DNA of 64,000 nucleotides from an uncultured Alphaproteobacteria bacterium. GTDB lineage: Bacteria; Pseudomonadota; Alphaproteobacteria; HIMB59; GCA-002718135. The stretch is from NCBI GenBank assembly GCA_902594815.1, contig CACJNL010000001.1:6188-70187 (forward strand), read 5' to 3'. Position numbers and translations under genes: made by a program. This document shows positions 60,317 through 64,000 of this stretch, one piece after another; position 1 is the stretch's first letter; every line of letters begins with the position of its first letter. A model generated the notes under the pieces. It was not told the DNA's origin and ran no database searches. It was given only the letters and a program-made list of their open reading frames with translations.

Positions 60317-61168
60317 ATGCTTAATGGCCTATACATTGTAGCAACACCTATAGGAAATATGGGGGACATAAGCAACAGAGCAATAAATACACTTAAAAAT
60401 GTAGAATTTATTATTTGCGAAAACCCCAAACATTCAAGAAAACTAATGTCTAAATTAGGCATTAAAAAGAAATTAGTGTCATTGCATGATTACAACGAAG
60501 AAGAAATTACCAAAATTTATATTAGAAAAATACAAAAAAACCCTGTGGCGTTAATTTCAGATGCTGGGTCCCCTTTAATTTCTGACCCAGGCTATAAACT
60601 TTTGCGTCGATGTGTTAGGGAAAATTTTTATGTTACTACAGTTCCTGGTGCTTCATCAATAATTTCAGCACTTCAATTATCAGGACTGCCCATTAATGAT
60701 TTTGTTTTCGTTGGATTTGCACCAAAGAGCCAAAAAAAACTTCATGATTTTTTAAATCCAATAATCTCTGAACAAAAAACAACAGTTTTATTTGTATCTA
60801 GTCATAAAATCATTCAAACTTTAACGGTGATGTCTGATTTGTTTTCAACTAGAAAAGTTTCTGTTTGTAAAGAAATGACAAAACTTAACGAAAAAATATT
60901 TTACGGATTTCCAAAGGAGGTTTTAAAGGCGCTTTTATCTAATAAAAAGTATTCTTTGGGTGAATTTGTTGTTGTTATAGATGGTGAAAAAAAATTCAAC
61001 AATCTTGATAAGAAAAATATAAGCTCTGAGGCTGAGAAAATTATTAAGAGACTTTTAGAAAAATTTTCTTTGACTGAAACCGTCGAAATAGTGCATAAAA
61101 TTAGTTATATTGAAAAAAAACAAATATATAAAAAGGCACTAGAAATAAAAGATGAAAGCAGTAAGTAA
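60317..61168 (+). CDS. rsmI: 16S rRNA (cytidine1402-2'-O)-methyltransferase
   Basis: 283 aa with the tetrapyrrole-methylase fold N-terminus LYIVATPIGNMGDIS and SDAGSPLISDPG. Confidence 0.9.
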   Translation: MLNGLYIVATPIGNMGDISNRAINTLKNVEFIICENPKHSRKLMSKLGIKKKLVSLHDYNEEEITKIYIRKIQKNPVALISDAGSPLISDPGYKLLRRCVRENFYVTTVPGASSIISALQLSGLPINDFVFVGFAPKSQKKLHDFLNPIISEQKTTVLFVSSHKIIQTLTVMSDLFSTRKVSVCKEMTKLNEKIFYGFPKEVLKALLSNKKYSLGEFVVVIDGEKKFNNLDKKNISSEAEKIIKRLLEKFSLTETVEIVHKISYIEKKQIYKKALEIKDESSK

Positions 61169-61736
61169 TTTAATTGGTTGTATAATGGTTCTGTTTTTTA
61201 TTAATGCTTGCACACCTGCAAGTATTTTAGGAACGGGAGCTGGAAGTGCTATGGTAATTGCTGAGGGAGACCGGAGTATGGGCTCAGTAATAGATGATGC
61301 AACGATAAAAGTTAATGTGGCTGCAAAATTTATAAACTCAGAAGATAATTTGTTTGTAGATATTAGCACAACAGTGCTTAATGGAAGAGTTTTGCTAACT
61401 GGTTTAGTGGACAACCAAGAAATAAGAATAGATGCGGTTAGAAGGGTGTGGGAAGTTGAGGGTGTTCAAGAGGTAATAAACGAGATACAAATTGGAAACA
61501 GAGCAACCTTAAAAGAATATGCAAACGATTTATGGATTAACACACAAGCAAAAGGCCTTGCTGCTAAAGCTGTGGGTTTAAGAATTGTTGCTTACAATTT
61601 TGAGACAATTCAAGGAAAAGTATACATTGCAGGAATAACATCTAGGCCTGAACAACTAGAAGATCTTATTAATGCTGTTAAAACTATTAAAGGCGTAAAA
61701 GAAATAGTAAATTACGTTATTATAAAAGAGAACTAA
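61152..61736 (+). CDS. BON-domain lipoprotein (DolP/YraP-like)
   Basis: 194 aa with a lipobox (FINAC) and two BON repeats (…VLNGRVLLTGLV…; …TIQGKVYIAGIT…). Confidence 0.8.
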   Translation: MKAVSNLIGCIMVLFFINACTPASILGTGAGSAMVIAEGDRSMGSVIDDATIKVNVAAKFINSEDNLFVDISTTVLNGRVLLTGLVDNQEIRIDAVRRVWEVEGVQEVINEIQIGNRATLKEYANDLWINTQAKGLAAKAVGLRIVAYNFETIQGKVYIAGITSRPEQLEDLINAVKTIKGVKEIVNYVIIKEN

Positions 61737-62090
61737 TCATTTTATCTTAGAGCCCATTTTTTCACCTCCTAATATGTGGACATGAAAATGTGGTACTTCT
61801 TGCCCTCCATCGCTGCCAGAATTAGAAATAATTCTATAGCCTGAGTCTTTTATGCCAAGTTTTTCAATCACTACATTTATTTTTTTAAAAAAATTATCAA
61901 CTATATCTTTGTTATTGTTGTTAACAAAATCAGAAAAATCAACACACTTGACTTTAGGCACACCTAGGACATGTATTTTTGAGGCAGGATTTATGTCTTC
62001 AAAAAACAAAACATCATCATCCTCATAAACTTTTTTGCATGGAATTTGTCCTTTAATTATTTTGGCAAAAATATTGTCGTTATCGTACAT
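61737..62090 (-). CDS. HIT-family (HinT-like) nucleotide hydrolase
   Basis: 117 aa with the histidine triad HFHVHILGG. Confidence 0.9.
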   Translation of the reverse strand: MYDNDNIFAKIIKGQIPCKKVYEDDDVLFFEDINPASKIHVLGVPKVKCVDFSDFVNNNNKDIVDNFFKKINVVIEKLGIKDSGYRIISNSGSDGGQEVPHFHVHILGGEKMGSKIK

Positions 62091-62367
62091 TTCTTCTTTT
62101 TAATATCTCTTTTTCCAATTCATTAAATTTAATTTTTTTTGCTGAAAGCAATACAAACAGATGGTACAAAACATCAATTGACTCTTCAATTGTTCTTTTT
62201 TTAGATCCTTTTAAAAAATCAATTATTAGTTCTGAGCTTTCCTCACCAAATTTTTGTGCTATTTTTTTTTCCCCTTGTTTGAATAACTTTTTAGTATATG
62301 AATTTTTTTTATTAGATTTTTTTCTAAGCTCAATAGTTTCGTATAATTCTGAAAATAAATTTTTCAT
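62080..62367 (-). CDS. hisE: phosphoribosyl-ATP pyrophosphatase
   Basis: 95 aa, MazG-like helical protein (SYTKKLF…KFGEESSELI…EESIDVLYHLFVLL), directly after hisF. Confidence 0.85.
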   Translation of the reverse strand: MKNLFSELYETIELRKKSNKKNSYTKKLFKQGEKKIAQKFGEESSELIIDFLKGSKKRTIEESIDVLYHLFVLLSAKKIKFNELEKEILKRRNVR

Positions 62368-63123
62368 CTACAATCTCACAGCAATATTTTTTGTTTTTAA
62401 AAATTCTTTCACTTCCATTATACTAATTTCATTAAAATGAAATACTGAGGCAGCGAGAAGAGCATCGGCCTGTCCTTTTTCAGCCCCTTCATAAAAATGA
62501 TGTATTTTTCCAACACCTCCGCTTGCAATAAGTGGAATATCAAGAATTTTACTTGCTTTGCTCAAAAGCTCTGTGTCGAAACCAAGCTTTGTTCCATCTC
62601 TGTCCATTGATGTTAGCAATATTTCCCCAGCACCTAGATTTTGAGTTTTTTCTAACCAGCTAAAAGCCTCAATATTAGTATTAATAGTTCCTCCATGGGA
62701 ATGAACCATCCAAGAAGGGCCAATTTTTTTTACATCAATCGCCACAACTATACACTGATTGCCAAAATGCTCTGAAGCGTTTTTAATTATATCTGGATTT
62801 TTAATTGCAGCAGAGTTTATTGAAACCTTGTCTGCCCCAGCCATGAGAGAGTCTTTTATATTTTCAATTGATTTTATTCCACCACCCACAGTCAGAGGAA
62901 TAAAAACCTCCTCAGCTGTTTTTTTTAAAACATCAAGCATGGTGTCTCTCTCTTCAAGTGAAGCACTAATATCTAAGAAACAAATTTCATCCGCACCATT
63001 CTCTGAATAAAATTTTGCTTGCTCGACTGGGTCACCTGCGTCAACGAGATCAACAAAGTTTATTCCCTTTACAACCCTTCCGTCTTTAACATCAAGACAA
63101 GGAATGATTCTTTTTTTAAGCAT
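62368..63123 (-). CDS. hisF: imidazole glycerol phosphate synthase cyclase subunit
   Basis: 251 aa with [23 protein letters not shown] and ASGG. Confidence 0.95.
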   Translation of the reverse strand: MLKKRIIPCLDVKDGRVVKGINFVDLVDAGDPVEQAKFYSENGADEICFLDISASLEERDTMLDVLKKTAEEVFIPLTVGGGIKSIENIKDSLMAGADKVSINSAAIKNPDIIKNASEHFGNQCIVVAIDVKKIGPSWMVHSHGGTINTNIEAFSWLEKTQNLGAGEILLTSMDRDGTKLGFDTELLSKASKILDIPLIASGGVGKIHHFYEGAEKGQADALLAASVFHFNEISIMEVKEFLKTKNIAVRL

Positions 63124-63847
63124 ATTCGTTTAATAACTTGTCTGCTTCTTTGAGGTCAATAGACCCAACATATAAAGCCTTACCTGCTATAACCCCTTCC
63201 AATTGTGGTGTATAAATTTTTTTTAAACCCTTGATATCTTCAATATTCTTAAGCCCACCACCAACAATAAATTTTTTTGAAGTAAGTTTTATATTTGATG
63301 AAATCATATTTAAATTTAAACCAGAAAGCATTCCATCATTCTCTATATCAGTTAGAACATATCCTCTTGTGTGTGTTTTTTCATAATGTTCAAAAATTTT
63401 AGCAGATGTAAAAGAACTTTTCTTTTCCCATCCATTAACCATTACTGTTTCGCCTACGAGATCAAGCGCTACATAAATTCTGTCTTTGTAAGACTCTGCA
63501 AGCGCAATAACTTTTTCGATATTTTTGACTGCGTAAGAACCAATTATTAAATAGTTGATACCGATTTCAAAATATTTATAAGCAATCTCGTTGTTTCTTA
63601 TTCCGCCACCTAGCTGAATAGGTATTGAAATACTATTTCTAATTTTTTCAATTATTTTTGTGTTTATGTCGTTTCTTCCAAAAGCCGCGTCAAGATCTAC
63701 TAAGTGCAATTTGGTACACCCTTGATCTTCAAAAAACTTTGCTTGATCTATTGGATTTTCATTAAATACTTCGCTTGTGCCATCCTTGCCTTTTGTTAGT
63801 CTAACACATTTATTGTCTTTTAAGTCAATTGCAGGAAAAATTTTCAC
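63116..63847 (-). CDS. hisA: ProFAR isomerase
   Basis: 243 aa from GTG 63847 with [16 protein letters not shown] and GGGIR. Confidence 0.95.
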   Translation of the reverse strand: MKIFPAIDLKDNKCVRLTKGKDGTSEVFNENPIDQAKFFEDQGCTKLHLVDLDAAFGRNDINTKIIEKIRNSISIPIQLGGGIRNNEIAYKYFEIGINYLIIGSYAVKNIEKVIALAESYKDRIYVALDLVGETVMVNGWEKKSSFTSAKIFEHYEKTHTRGYVLTDIENDGMLSGLNLNMISSNIKLTSKKFIVGGGLKNIEDIKGLKKIYTPQLEGVIAGKALYVGSIDLKEADKLLNEYA

Positions 63848-63999
63848 TATATTTCTTTATAATAGTAATAACCTTTTATGGGATTTCCATTAATATAAGC
63901 ATACTGAGGGTTTTCTCCCCACTTAACAAAGCCCTTGCTCTCAAAAAGTTGTATAGCCGCTGTTTGTGTTTCTCTTATATCAAGTTGAATACTGTTCTT
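63847..63999 (-). CDS. GNAT-family acetyltransferase, C-terminal 50 codons (5' end beyond the right edge)
   Basis: Not in the track. The reverse frame gives KNSIQLDIRETQTAAIQLFESKGFVKWGENPQYAYINGNPIKGYYYYKEI*. The AA..L(F/Y)E..GF tail is typical of GNATs. The stop TAG shares its G with the hisA GTG. Confidence 0.45.
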   Translation of the reverse strand, partial: KNSIQLDIRETQTAAIQLFESKGFVKWGENPQYAYINGNPIKGYYYYKEI

Positions 64000-64000
64000 G

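Noticed and set aside
60262-60462. 66-aa minus-strand ORF overlapping the rsmI 5' region
   Set aside because: It is not credible as an independent gene, being mostly antisense to rsmI. Only its last 24 codons (from ATG 60336) were kept, as a possible frameshifted N-terminus of the LpoA-like gene.

Overview
The window is very AT-rich. Hand spot counts of 60-nt stretches give about 22% G+C in the folate operon, 30-35% in typical genes and up to 55% inside katG. It is extremely gene-dense, with about 75 protein genes and many 1-nt, 4-nt (ATGA/TAATG) or longer start/stop overlaps. I saw no rRNA, tRNA, IS/transposase, phage or CRISPR content. Composition, compaction and gene content look like a streamlined marine alphaproteobacterium of the SAR11/Pelagibacterales type; this is inference, no database search was possible.

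Gene content, left to right:
- phosphonoacetaldehyde dehydrogenase and phosphonoacetate hydrolase pair
- DMT and MFS transporters
- msrPQ, with both genes frame-disrupted
- an orphan family-5 solute-binding protein
- adenosine kinase and adenosine deaminase
- an M48 peptidase with fbpC, converging on an iron operon (secreted unknown protein, di-iron hydroxylase, fbpA, fbpB)
- a small Cys-rich wHTH regulator bracketed by two identical ICE/Fur-type palindromes
- a HupE/UreJ metal module
- hsp20 with a sigma-32 promoter and a ROSE-like leader
- a six-gene operon joining DUF1800-DUF1501 to cdd, purine nucleoside phosphorylase, deoA and an O-methyltransferase
- a pABA/folate operon (pabBAC-folPBK) facing a frame-disrupted TrpF-like gene
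- cysS-thrS-hemB-hisI-ribA-cupin-katG
- a BMP-family nucleoside ABC transporter, upp, pyruvate carboxylase, nth, dapB
- hrcA-grpE-dnaK-dnaJ
- rph-rdgB
- an LpoA-like gene, rsmI and a BON lipoprotein
- HIT-hisE-hisF-hisA and a GNAT fragment

Best candidates for something undescribed:
1. The iron/metal island at about 14.1-21.2 kb. It combines non-canonical operon composition, duplicated 18-nt operators, two structured 5' leaders and an N-terminal-His protein next to HupE.
2. The DUF1800-DUF1501 pair embedded in a nucleoside-catabolic operon.
3. Four independent gene disruptions that all need removal of exactly one nucleotide, three of them at A/T runs. This is either a homopolymer sequencing artefact or slippage-tolerated frameshifts.

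All functional calls come from motif recognition by eye and from gene context. No searches or computations were run.
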